The notes below the pieces were generated by a model. It was given only the letters and a program-made list of their open reading frames with translations, was not told the DNA's origin and searched no databases. From NCBI GenBank assembly GCA_030064845.1, contig JASJEC010000019.1, positions 9,537-73,536 on the forward strand: a stretch of DNA of 64,000 nucleotides, written 5' to 3'. Below, in pieces: positions 36,269 to 44,276 of the stretch (positions are counted from its first letter, which is position 1; each line of letters starts with the position of its first letter). The stretch is from Kiloniellales bacterium (GTDB lineage Bacteria; Pseudomonadota; Alphaproteobacteria; Kiloniellales; JAKSDN01). The translations under genes and the position numbers were made by a program.

Positions 36269-37630
36269 ATGACGTTGAACCAGCTCCCCGCCGCCGAGGC
36301 GATCCGCAGGATAGGAAACGGCGAGATCACGTCCGAGGAACTGGTGCGGGCGTGCCTCGACCGGATCGACCAGGTCGACGGCGAGATTGGCGCCTGGGCC
36401 CATCTCGACGCCGACTACGCCCTCGCGCAGGCGCGCGCCGCCGACGAGGCCCGCGCAGGCGGCGCCCCGACCGGCCCGCTGCACGGCCTCCCGGTCGCGG
36501 TCAAGGACATCATCGATACCGCGGACATGCCGACGGAGAACGGCAGCCCGATCCACGCCGGCCGCCAGCCGCGCCGGGACGCCACCGTGGTCGCCAGGCT
36601 GCGCGCGGCCGGGGCGGTCATTCTGGGCAAGACCGTGACCACCGAGTTCGCGGTCTACAGTCCGGGCAAGACCGCCAATCCCCACGATCCGACGCGGACG
36701 CCGGGCGGCTCGTCCAGCGGTTCGGCGGCGGCGGTCGCCAGCGCCATGGCGCCGGCCGCGCTGGGCAGCCAGACCAACGGCTCGGTCATCCGGCCCGCCT
36801 CGTTCTGCGGCGTCTTCGGCTACAAGCCGACCCACGGCCTGATCTCGCGGCGGGGCGTGCTGAAGCTCTCGCGCCCGCTCGACACCCTGGGGGTCTTCAC
36901 CCGGGACCTGGGCGATCTCGCCCTGCTGGGCGAGGTGCTGATGGGCTACGACCCGGAGGATCCGGACACCCGGCCCCGCGCGGCGCCGCACCTGCGGGAA
37001 GTCTCGAGCCAGGAGCCGCCGGTCACGCCGGACCTGGTCTTCGTCAAGTCTCCGGTTTGGGACCAGGCCAGCCCCGACTGCCGCGAAGCCTTCGGCGAGC
37101 TGACCGAGGCGCTGGGCGAGGACATCGACGCCTTCGACCTGCCGGCGCCCTTCGAGGATGCCATCGAGCGGCACAAGACGGTCATGCTGCCGGACATCGC
37201 CAAGAACCTGGGCGCGGCCTACGACGCCGAGAAAGCGCAGATGAGCGAGACCCTGCACGGCATGATCGAAGAGGGCCGGACGGTCACGGCGGTCGACTAC
37301 AACCGGGCGCTCGACCACGCCGAGGCGCTCAACGCCGGGCTCGACCAGGTCTTCGACCGCTACGACGCGATCGTCACCCCGGCGGCGCCCGGCGAGGCGC
37401 CCGAGGGCCTGGACGCGACCGGCAGTCCGGCGTTCTGCAGCCTCTGGACCTATCTCGGCGTGCCGGCGCTCTCGCTGCCCTTGCTCCGCGGCGCCAACGG
37501 CTTGCCGATCGGCGTCCAGCTGATCGGCCCGCGCGGCGACGACGCCCGCCTGCTGCGCACCGCGCGCTGGCTGATCGCGCGCCTCGCGGACGGAGCCGGG
37601 GACAAGGCGCCGGACGGCGCGGCCGACTAG
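36269..37630 (+). CDS. Amidase-signature (AS) family amidase
   Basis: 453 aa with GGSSSGSAAAVA and the KD...S-cisS-K context of GatA-like amidases. Confidence 0.88.
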   Translation: MTLNQLPAAEAIRRIGNGEITSEELVRACLDRIDQVDGEIGAWAHLDADYALAQARAADEARAGGAPTGPLHGLPVAVKDIIDTADMPTENGSPIHAGRQPRRDATVVARLRAAGAVILGKTVTTEFAVYSPGKTANPHDPTRTPGGSSSGSAAAVASAMAPAALGSQTNGSVIRPASFCGVFGYKPTHGLISRRGVLKLSRPLDTLGVFTRDLGDLALLGEVLMGYDPEDPDTRPRAAPHLREVSSQEPPVTPDLVFVKSPVWDQASPDCREAFGELTEALGEDIDAFDLPAPFEDAIERHKTVMLPDIAKNLGAAYDAEKAQMSETLHGMIEEGRTVTAVDYNRALDHAEALNAGLDQVFDRYDAIVTPAAPGEAPEGLDATGSPAFCSLWTYLGVPALSLPLLRGANGLPIGVQLIGPRGDDARLLRTARWLIARLADGAGDKAPDGAAD

Positions 37631-37669
37631 CCCCCGTCGCGTGCGAGCATCCGGAGACCGGGGCCGGCC

Positions 37670-37951
37670 GTGGATCAGATCAGTCTTCCCCTGCTGCTCC
37701 TCGTCGTCGCCCTAATCGCTATGGGCATCTATGTGCGGCGGCGCTTCGGCAACCTCTATGAGAGGTTCTCCGAAGTGGTGGAGCGGGCCACGGGCCGCTC
37801 GATGAGGTCCATCGTTCAGGGCCTCGCGATCCTAACGCTGATCCTCTGGGCGGTCGTCTACCTGACCTTCGGCGGCGACCAGAAGGAGGGTCTGGAGGCG
37901 ATCTTCCAGGAGTTCCTGCCCGATTCGAAGGACCAGGCGCGGGAACCGTAA
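37670..37951 (+). CDS. Hypothetical small membrane protein
   Basis: 93 aa, GTG start, two hydrophobic segments. No recognisable family. Confidence 0.4.
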   Translation: MDQISLPLLLLVVALIAMGIYVRRRFGNLYERFSEVVERATGRSMRSIVQGLAILTLILWAVVYLTFGGDQKEGLEAIFQEFLPDSKDQAREP

Positions 37952-37961
37952 AGGAACGGAC

Positions 37962-39443
37962 TCAGGACTGGCAGGCCGGCTGGCCCGGAAGCGGATCGGG
38001 CATCGGCTCTTCCCGTCCGTCCATGGCACCTAGGAAGTTCTGGAACCCTTTTGAGCTGTGCACCAGCTCATAGGCGACCTTGCGCAGGCCGTCGACGGTG
38101 TCCTTATCGAGGGCCAGGGTGGTCGGAATGTTCTTGAAGCAGTGCCGTTGTCCGGGATCGTCAATGTGCTCGAAGTCGATCAGGACCGGGCCGAATATCT
38201 CGGCGTCCCAGCCCAGACTTCTGACCGCGCGGATCTGCTCATTCACCACGCTGGTGGCGACGTCGATGGAGTCGAGCGTGATGGTATCGATAGCGCCGTT
38301 TATCGCACTGGCGATCAGCTCGACCAGATTCGGGCCCTTGGCCGACCTGTCCAAATCGTTGTCCGGCTCCGAGGCTGCGTTGATGCTCAAGACCAGGATC
38401 TTCTTGACCTCCTTACGGTCGAGCTTCGCCAGCAGGCTCCACGAAGGGTCGAGGGAGCGTAGGGACTGGAGCGGCGACCTCAGGCCCAGATTGTCGACCG
38501 CGCCGCCGTCGGAGAGGTGGACGTAGTAGGTCGCACCGGGGTCGTCCTTTTCGCGGTAGGACCGCGCGACCCGCGCCAGCTTGTAGCGCTGGCGATTGCG
38601 GTCTAGGTCGCCGCGGTCGCCCGTGGCCTCGCCCAGCGCCAAGGCGACCCAGCGCGGCTCCTGGCAATTGGTATCTTCGTAGTTCACCAGGCGGATCGCA
38701 CCGAAGACACCGTGAACCGCGGAAGAGGCCATGACAGCACGGGACAGCGGGAAGTCATCCAGGTTCGAGCAGATCAGGTCGAAATTCTCCTGGGTGAACT
38801 CGAAGCGGACTCCCTTGGTGGTGTCGTTGGCGTTGACGATGACGAAGGGCCTGCCATTGGGCACCAGGTCGCCGAAGGTGCCGCGATCGAAGAGTTCCTC
38901 GTCGTAGAGCTCGGCCGCCAGGTCGCTGCGGTTGTAGGTCGGCGACATCAGCTTGAACCAGTTCACCGGATTGAAGAGCGCGCGTTCGACGATCGCCCCC
39001 TGAATGTCGCGGTAGAGGAAGCGATCGGTGAAATAGAGGTCCGGATCGGAGCCGTCACCGAACATCTCCTGCCTGAAGAGGCCGTAATAGGCGGCGGTAT
39101 AGCTGCCGCCGGAGTTGGATGAGATGACGTCCACCTCCTGCAGCAGGCTGCGGCGCTCGCCGTTCACCTCGATCGTCGTTCTGCGCAGCTTCTCGAGCAC
39201 CCCATAGGAGAGCGCCGCGGCGCGGGTGCCGCCGCCGGAGAAGGTCAGGATCACGAAGACCTCCTCCGAGTTGCCCGTGGTGTAGGGCGTCAGCTTGTCG
39301 TAACGGTAGCCGGCGTCGGGCTGGCCCGCCGGAAAGGGCGGATTCTCCTCGAAATGGGCACAGGCGGCGAGCGTGAAGCCCAGCGCCAAGGCGAGCGAGA
39401 CTCGCGACTTCCGCCCCGGCCGCTTCCTTTGCTGCCGGGCCAT
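37962..39443 (-). CDS. Patatin-like phospholipase lipoprotein
   Basis: 493 aa. Lipobox LALGFTLAAC, oxyanion FSGGGTRAA, GxSxG-type SNSGGS, catalytic LSDGGAVDNLG. Confidence 0.85.
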   Translation of the reverse strand: MARQQRKRPGRKSRVSLALALGFTLAACAHFEENPPFPAGQPDAGYRYDKLTPYTTGNSEEVFVILTFSGGGTRAAALSYGVLEKLRRTTIEVNGERRSLLQEVDVISSNSGGSYTAAYYGLFRQEMFGDGSDPDLYFTDRFLYRDIQGAIVERALFNPVNWFKLMSPTYNRSDLAAELYDEELFDRGTFGDLVPNGRPFVIVNANDTTKGVRFEFTQENFDLICSNLDDFPLSRAVMASSAVHGVFGAIRLVNYEDTNCQEPRWVALALGEATGDRGDLDRNRQRYKLARVARSYREKDDPGATYYVHLSDGGAVDNLGLRSPLQSLRSLDPSWSLLAKLDRKEVKKILVLSINAASEPDNDLDRSAKGPNLVELIASAINGAIDTITLDSIDVATSVVNEQIRAVRSLGWDAEIFGPVLIDFEHIDDPGQRHCFKNIPTTLALDKDTVDGLRKVAYELVHSSKGFQNFLGAMDGREEPMPDPLPGQPACQS

Positions 39444-39694
39444 TAACCGTCCGCCTTGGCGACGATGGCCTCGACCCTGGCCTTTGGAACGAAGGTGACG
39501 ACGCAGGGCTCGTCTGCTGTCGTGTTCTCCACGGGCAAGACCTGCGTCGGCGGCGTGTAGTTGGCGTCTCCGGTCAGCGAGAATTCGTGGGTGCCGGTCT
39601 GCACCAGGAAACGCTCGTTGGTTTTGGCCGTCTCCCGACCGTTGACCACGACCCCGCGGCGGCGCGGATAGATCACGATCACGAATTCAACCAT
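39443..39694 (-). CDS. Small PEGA-like beta-sandwich protein (tentative)
   Basis: 83 aa from the Met at 39694. VIVIYPRRRGVVVNGRETAKTNERFLVQTGTHEFSL resembles the PEGA motif. TAATG overlap with the patatin start. Confidence 0.5.
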   Translation of the reverse strand: MVEFVIVIYPRRRGVVVNGRETAKTNERFLVQTGTHEFSLTGDANYTPPTQVLPVENTTADEPCVVTFVPKARVEAIVAKADG

Positions 39695-39881
39695 GCTCAC
39701 CCCCCGAATGCTGCTCCCCCTCCTGGGCGATCCCGCCATGTTATCACCCGTAGCGGCGCGGCGCTGTGGCTTTCGCCACAAACCTGCCTGGGCCGGCCGA
39801 TCCCGGGAGCTGAGCAGGCCCGATTGGGCGCGTTGGCGCCGTTGCCAAAGGCCCTGGGAGGCGCTATAACCCCCGCCGCGT

Positions 39882-39958
39882 CGGGGAGTAGCTCAGCCTG
39901 GTAGAGCACTACGTTCGGGACGTAGGGGCCGGAGGTTCGAATCCTCTCTCCCCGACCA
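39882..39958 (+). tRNA. tRNA-Pro (anticodon CGG)
   Basis: 77-nt cloverleaf folded by hand. Acceptor cggggag/ctccccg, D arm gctc-agcctggta-gagc, anticodon arm ctacg-ttCGGga-cgtag, T arm ggagg-ttcgaat-cctct, encoded CCA. Confidence 0.92.
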
Positions 39959-40054
39959 CGAAATCAAGAGCATCGTGATTTCGGCGCGCCGCGCCAGGTC
40001 GGGACCGGCGGGGGCTGTGCCGCGTTGCGGGTCACGCAAGGGAGTGCGGCGGAG

Positions 40055-41122
40055 ATGGCGGAGCAGGCGAGACTGGATATCGGCGATTTCCTGCCCGACT
40101 TCCAGCTGACCAACCAGCGAGGCGGCGGGACCGGGCTACTCGCCACGGCGCTCGGCAAATCCCTGGTCGTGCTGTTCTTCGCCGACGACGGGACCCCAGA
40201 TACCGAGCGGCTGCTGCAGGGCTTCGTGGACGTGCAGCCGCGGCTCGGGCCGCACATCCACCTGATCGCGGTCAACGGTGCCGCACCCGAGAGCAACGCC
40301 GCCAACCCGGTCTATACGGGCCTGCCGTTCCCAATCCTGGGCGACCCGGACGGGGCGGTCCACCGCGCCTGCGGTATCGCGCCAGCACCCGAAGGCGCGG
40401 CGGCGCCCGGGGCCTACGCCCTGGTGACCGCCGACGCCAACCGCCGGGTCGTCAAGATCGACCGGGGGGCGGGCGGTGCGCCGGCCGCCGAGCTGGTTGC
40501 CCGTTTCGAGACCGAGCCCCAGCCCGCCCCGCGCGAGGTCGGCCCGAGCGCGCCGGTCCTCATCGTGCCCCGGGTCTTCGACCAGGAGTACTGCCGCCGC
40601 CTGATCGCGCTCTGGGAGACCGGCGGCAATGCGCCCAGCGGGGTGTTCCGCGCCGACTACCGGGAGTCCGGCGGGCTGCTCGACCCCAAGATGAAGGCGC
40701 GACGGGACCATATCGTCACCGACCCGGCGATCAACGAGGAGATCGGCGGCCTGATCGGCCGGCGGGTGGTGCCAGAGATCCTCAAGGCTTTCAGCTTCAA
40801 GGTGAACTACGTCAAGGAGTTCAAGATCGCCTGCTACGACGCGACCGAAAGCGGCTTCTTCCGGCCGCACCGGGACAACGTCAAGCCGATCGGGACCGGG
40901 CGGCGCTTCGCCATGAGCCTCAATCTCAACACCGGCGACTACGAGGGCGGCTACCTGCGCTTCCCCGAGTACGGGCCGCACCTCTACCGGCCGGCCGCGG
41001 GCGACGCGGTTGTCTTCGCCTGCCCGCTGCTCCACGAGGCGACGCCGGTCACCGCCGGCCGGCGCTTCGTGCTGCTCACCTTCTTCTACGGCCCCGAGGG
41101 CGAGGAGCAGGGCGACGCCTGA
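40055..41122 (+). CDS. Fusion protein: N-terminal redoxin/AhpC-TSA-like fold without Cys, plus a C-terminal 2OG-Fe(II) oxygenase (prolyl-4-hydroxylase-like)
   Basis: 355 aa from ATG 40055. N-terminal [12 protein letters not shown]...[16 protein letters not shown] (no Cys at the CP position). C-terminal FRPHRDN (HxD) ...[19 protein letters not shown] (H...R). Confidence 0.75.
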   Translation: MAEQARLDIGDFLPDFQLTNQRGGGTGLLATALGKSLVVLFFADDGTPDTERLLQGFVDVQPRLGPHIHLIAVNGAAPESNAANPVYTGLPFPILGDPDGAVHRACGIAPAPEGAAAPGAYALVTADANRRVVKIDRGAGGAPAAELVARFETEPQPAPREVGPSAPVLIVPRVFDQEYCRRLIALWETGGNAPSGVFRADYRESGGLLDPKMKARRDHIVTDPAINEEIGGLIGRRVVPEILKAFSFKVNYVKEFKIACYDATESGFFRPHRDNVKPIGTGRRFAMSLNLNTGDYEGGYLRFPEYGPHLYRPAAGDAVVFACPLLHEATPVTAGRRFVLLTFFYGPEGEEQGDA

Positions 41123-41213
41123 CCCTCCCGCGGCGGCGATCCGCGACCTTGATCGCTTCAGGGGGATGTGGAGAATACCCCCAAGCAACCATGGAATCGG
41201 AGGGGAGGCACTC

Positions 41214-41453
41214 ATGAAGCACGTGAAGATCCTGGCGGGTCTGGCTGTGCTCGGCATGCTGGCGGGCTGCTCGAGCCCGCAGGACCGGGCCGCGAAGGCG
41301 CAGGAGCGGTCCTACGAGGCGATCGAGAAAGCGGCCCAGGAGCGTCTCGAGCTGGTCGACAAGTACCAGGACTGCGTGAAGGAGGCCGCCGGCGACAACG
41401 AGAAGATCGAGGCCTGCGACTCCTACCTGAAGGCCGCCGAAGCCCTGAGGTAG
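41214..41453 (+). CDS. Small lipoprotein
   Basis: 79 aa, MKHVKILAGLAVLGMLAGC lipobox, charged helical remainder. Confidence 0.65.
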   Translation: MKHVKILAGLAVLGMLAGCSSPQDRAAKAQERSYEAIEKAAQERLELVDKYQDCVKEAAGDNEKIEACDSYLKAAEALR

Positions 41454-41792
41454 CGCGGCCGCGTTCCGGCCGCCGCGGCTCGCTCGGGCGCGTGCCTTCG
41501 CCGTTGGGCGAAGGGGCCGTTCCGAGCCGCAGGCGGCCCGCCTGCCGCCCCGTGACGGACGCTGCCAGGCCCCATTCTCTATCCGGGCCTCGCCGCGGCG
41601 CTGCGGTCTGTTGAGCCGTAGCAAAACTACAAATTAAATCTAATTTTATTTTGCCTAGCGTCTTCAGGCGGGGCGGATGCTTCACGAATTCTCAAGACCG
41701 CTCAAATAGTCTCTCAGATGAGGTCGCAGGGTTAGGACGAGGTGACGGCGCAATACATGGCCGGTGGCGCCGGCCGTGGAGAGGCGGAACGC

Positions 41793-42452
41793 ATGGAAAT
41801 GCCGAATAGCCGGGAGGTTATCCTCTTCGCGCATTCTTCGAGCAAGCAGCTCTACTCCGCCGTGCTGCCGATTCCCCAGCAGCGCAGCCATTCGGACCTG
41901 ATCCGGGCGCTCCTGGCCGAGGCCCAGGCAGACGGCGCCAACCTGAGCGGCGCGGATCTGGCCAAGCAGGACCTCTCGAACCTCGATCTCTCCGGCCTCA
42001 AGATGAACGCCAGCCAGTTCGACTCGGCCGACCTCGGCGGCGCCAAGCTGGCGGGCGCCCTGCTCAAGAAGGCGAGCTTCGAAGGCGCCAAGCTGGCTGG
42101 CGCCGACCTGAGCGGGGCGGACCTTCGCCACACCCGTCTCGCCGGCGTCGACCTCCAGGGCACCAACTTGGCGGGCGCCGACCTGCGCCACGCCAATCTG
42201 GACGGCGCGGACCTGCGCGGCGCGGTTCTGCGCGGCGCCAAGCTCGAGAACGCCACGATGCGCCAGGCCAACCTCGAGGGCGCCGATCTCCGCGAGGCGA
42301 TCTTCACCTATTGCGTCGCCAACGGGGTGAACTTCACCGGCGTCCAGTTCGACGGGATCGAGTTCTACATGGCCGACTTACTCGAGACGACCGGCATGCC
42401 TGAGGAGGTGCGCGCCCACGCGCTGCGCATGCGATGCGAGTTCGGAGAGTGA
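41793..42452 (+). CDS. Pentapeptide-repeat protein
   Basis: Tandem A(D/N)LxG-type pentapeptides (ANLSGADLAKQDLSNLDLSGLKMN...). Start chosen at ATG 41793 after ggagaggcggaacgc; the ORF is open from 41742. Confidence 0.85.
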   Translation: MEMPNSREVILFAHSSSKQLYSAVLPIPQQRSHSDLIRALLAEAQADGANLSGADLAKQDLSNLDLSGLKMNASQFDSADLGGAKLAGALLKKASFEGAKLAGADLSGADLRHTRLAGVDLQGTNLAGADLRHANLDGADLRGAVLRGAKLENATMRQANLEGADLREAIFTYCVANGVNFTGVQFDGIEFYMADLLETTGMPEEVRAHALRMRCEFGE

Positions 42453-42477
42453 CCGGCGATCAGACGGGAGAGGCGGA

Positions 42478-42627
42478 ATGCTGAGAGGACTGAGCGGATT
42501 TTTCCAGGATATGAGAGCGCTCAACGAGTGGCTGGGCGTGTTCCAAGAGAAGCACAGCCTGTCATACACGCTGTTTCTCGGCGTCGTTGCCGCTCTGCCC
42601 GTGCTGGTGTACCGGCAAATCGAATAG
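42478..42627 (+). CDS. 49-aa candidate membrane peptide downstream of the pentapeptide-repeat gene
   Basis: Below the track cutoff. gggagaggcggaATG then MLRGLSGFFQDMRALNEWLGVFQEKHSLSYTLFLGVVAALPVLVYRQIE*. One C-terminal TM helix, followed by a terminator-like hairpin. Confidence 0.4.
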   Translation: MLRGLSGFFQDMRALNEWLGVFQEKHSLSYTLFLGVVAALPVLVYRQIE

Positions 42628-42632
42628 GCCGT

Positions 42633-42666
42633 CCCCCTTTCCCCGTGGGAGAGGGGCGTTGTTTTG
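42633..42666 (+). terminator. Rho-independent terminator-like hairpin
   Basis: cccctttc-cccgtgg-gagagggg (8-bp stem including one G-U), followed by cgttgtttt. Confidence 0.5.
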
Positions 42667-42706
42667 CCCTCATTATTTTTCCGGCGGTGGGGCCGCCCGC
42701 GCGTGC

Positions 42707-43570
42707 CTACTCCGCGGCCGTGGCCACGGCGCCGTACTCAGCGATGTAGGCGGCGGCCGTGGGGTCGATCGCCTTGCTCGGATCGGCCATGCTGGCCGGG
42801 TCCACCCAGAAGTGGGTCGCGACCATGCGGTGGCCGGCGACCACGCCGTGGGGGATCTTTCGGGTGTCGCAGAGCCATAGGTCGCCCTGCTCGAAGGCGG
42901 CCTCGTGGGTTGGGATCGCGTCGCCCTGGCGCCCTACGTGGCTATTGATCTCGCGGCAGAAACGGTCGTCGGTCAGGCCTGCAAGCGCGCTCCAGTCCAG
43001 TTCCGCGTGATCCCGCCGCACGATGGTGTCCAGGCGATCGGCGACCCGCCAGACACGCGGCGCGACGTCGAGGTTCAGGAACAGGCGGACGTAGTGCAAG
43101 GCACCATGGCCGCCGTAGGAGTCGAGGTGGACAGGGTGGACGCCCAGGTCGGTGGGCAGGAAGCGCCAGGAATACTGCTTCTTGAGGACCCGGTAGCCGG
43201 GGAAGATCTCGTGGCAGAGGGACGAGAGGCCCTCGTTGACCCGCTGAATCTCGGCGCGCACCCGCAGGTACTTGGCGAGGTTCAAGCCGAAGGCGCCGAG
43301 AATTGCGCGTCGGCTCTCGGTCCGCCAAGGCCAGGGATAGAGCAGCCGTCGGTAGCTCAGCTTGCGCAGCGCCTCGGAGTCGGGCAGCTCGAAGCTGTTC
43401 AGCAAGGCGTAGTCGACGCGCAGGGGATGGTTCTTGAAGACGATCAGCTTGCCGTCCTCGAAAGAGGAGAGCACCAGGTCGCGGGTCTCGGCGGAGAGCC
43501 GGGGGCCCGGGCCCCAGTCGACCTCGACGACGTAGTCGTCGACGGCGGGATTGAGCGTGATTTTAGCCAT
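42707..43570 (-). CDS. Hypothetical protein, possibly a Kdo-hydroxylase-like Fe(II)/2OG dioxygenase (tentative)
   Basis: 287 aa. Candidate HxD (HPVHLDSYGG) and a distal His (IPHGVVAGHRMVATHF). The family assignment is from memory only. Confidence 0.35.
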   Translation of the reverse strand: MAKITLNPAVDDYVVEVDWGPGPRLSAETRDLVLSSFEDGKLIVFKNHPLRVDYALLNSFELPDSEALRKLSYRRLLYPWPWRTESRRAILGAFGLNLAKYLRVRAEIQRVNEGLSSLCHEIFPGYRVLKKQYSWRFLPTDLGVHPVHLDSYGGHGALHYVRLFLNLDVAPRVWRVADRLDTIVRRDHAELDWSALAGLTDDRFCREINSHVGRQGDAIPTHEAAFEQGDLWLCDTRKIPHGVVAGHRMVATHFWVDPASMADPSKAIDPTAAAYIAEYGAVATAAE

Positions 43571-43794
43571 GGCGAGATTGTCCGAAGCGAAAGGTGCGTG
43601 CCCGGTGGCGCGGCGACCGCGGTTGGAGTCGTGCGCCTACCCGATCTGGCGGCGGGAGAATATCGGTTTTGCCGCCCCCGTTCCAGTGCCGCGGGGCGAT
43701 TTGCTTCGGCTGGCAACTGCTCTAAGAATGGTGATGAGACATAGGGGGCGCCGGCGGGACCGGTCCAGGCATCAAGGGAAGGCGGGATCCAAGC

Positions 43795-44145
43795 ATGCGA
43801 GGGCGATACCGGATGCCGACGGCGCGGCCACTTCTTGCCGCCGCGCTCCTGCTGACGGTCGCCTGTGATGGTGTCTCCTTCGGCAGGGACCCGCTCGCCC
43901 AACTGCCGCCGCGCGAGCGCCAGCTCTGCCGCGACGCGGTCAACGACGCCCTGGCGAGCAAGAACGTCGGCAAGGATTGGATCGAGAGCATCCGTTTCCG
44001 CGAGGTGCGTGGCACGACGCGGGGCCGGGGCCGACTCGTCGGCTTCGAGGCCTGGGTCCGGCCGAAGGAGGGCGGCGGCGCCATCGTGGTCGAGCTCTCT
44101 GTAGCCTGCCAGGTAACCAGCATCTGGGCCCGCGGCCTGCGCTGA
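43795..44145 (+). CDS. Hypothetical lipoprotein
   Basis: 116 aa, RPLLAAALLLTVAC lipobox. Confidence 0.55.
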   Translation: MRGRYRMPTARPLLAAALLLTVACDGVSFGRDPLAQLPPRERQLCRDAVNDALASKNVGKDWIESIRFREVRGTTRGRGRLVGFEAWVRPKEGGGAIVVELSVACQVTSIWARGLR

Positions 44146-44173
44146 TTGAGAGCGGCCTTGGCTCTAAACCAAG

Positions 44174-44250
44174 ATACCCTCACCTGCGCGAAGCGTCCGG
44201 GCCACGCCTGCTCTTCTGCTGGGAAAGGGTCAGGGTGAGGGCGCGTTGTT
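44174..44250. repeat. Intergenic palindromic repeat, family C (ccctcacc...gggtgagggcg[c]gttgtt)
   Basis: ataccctcacctgcgcgaagcgtccgggccacgcc...gggaaagggtcagggtgagggcgcgttgtt, just 3' of the asmA-like stop. Confidence 0.75.
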
Positions 44251-44276
44251 TCTCCCGAGCCACGGGCCCCCGGGGA

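Noticed and set aside
37962-39443. Patatin-like phospholipase as a CBASS or other anti-phage effector.
   Set aside because: No cyclase, sensor or other defence-associated gene is adjacent. The protein has a lipoprotein signal, which suggests envelope localisation rather than a cytoplasmic abortive-infection effector.
39882-44150. A tRNA-Pro-associated genomic island. A less GC-rich patch, orphan genes and lipoproteins lie downstream of the tRNA.
   Set aside because: There is no integrase, no recombinase, and no direct repeat of the tRNA 3' end that I could find downstream. The genes look like ordinary chromosomal accessory genes.
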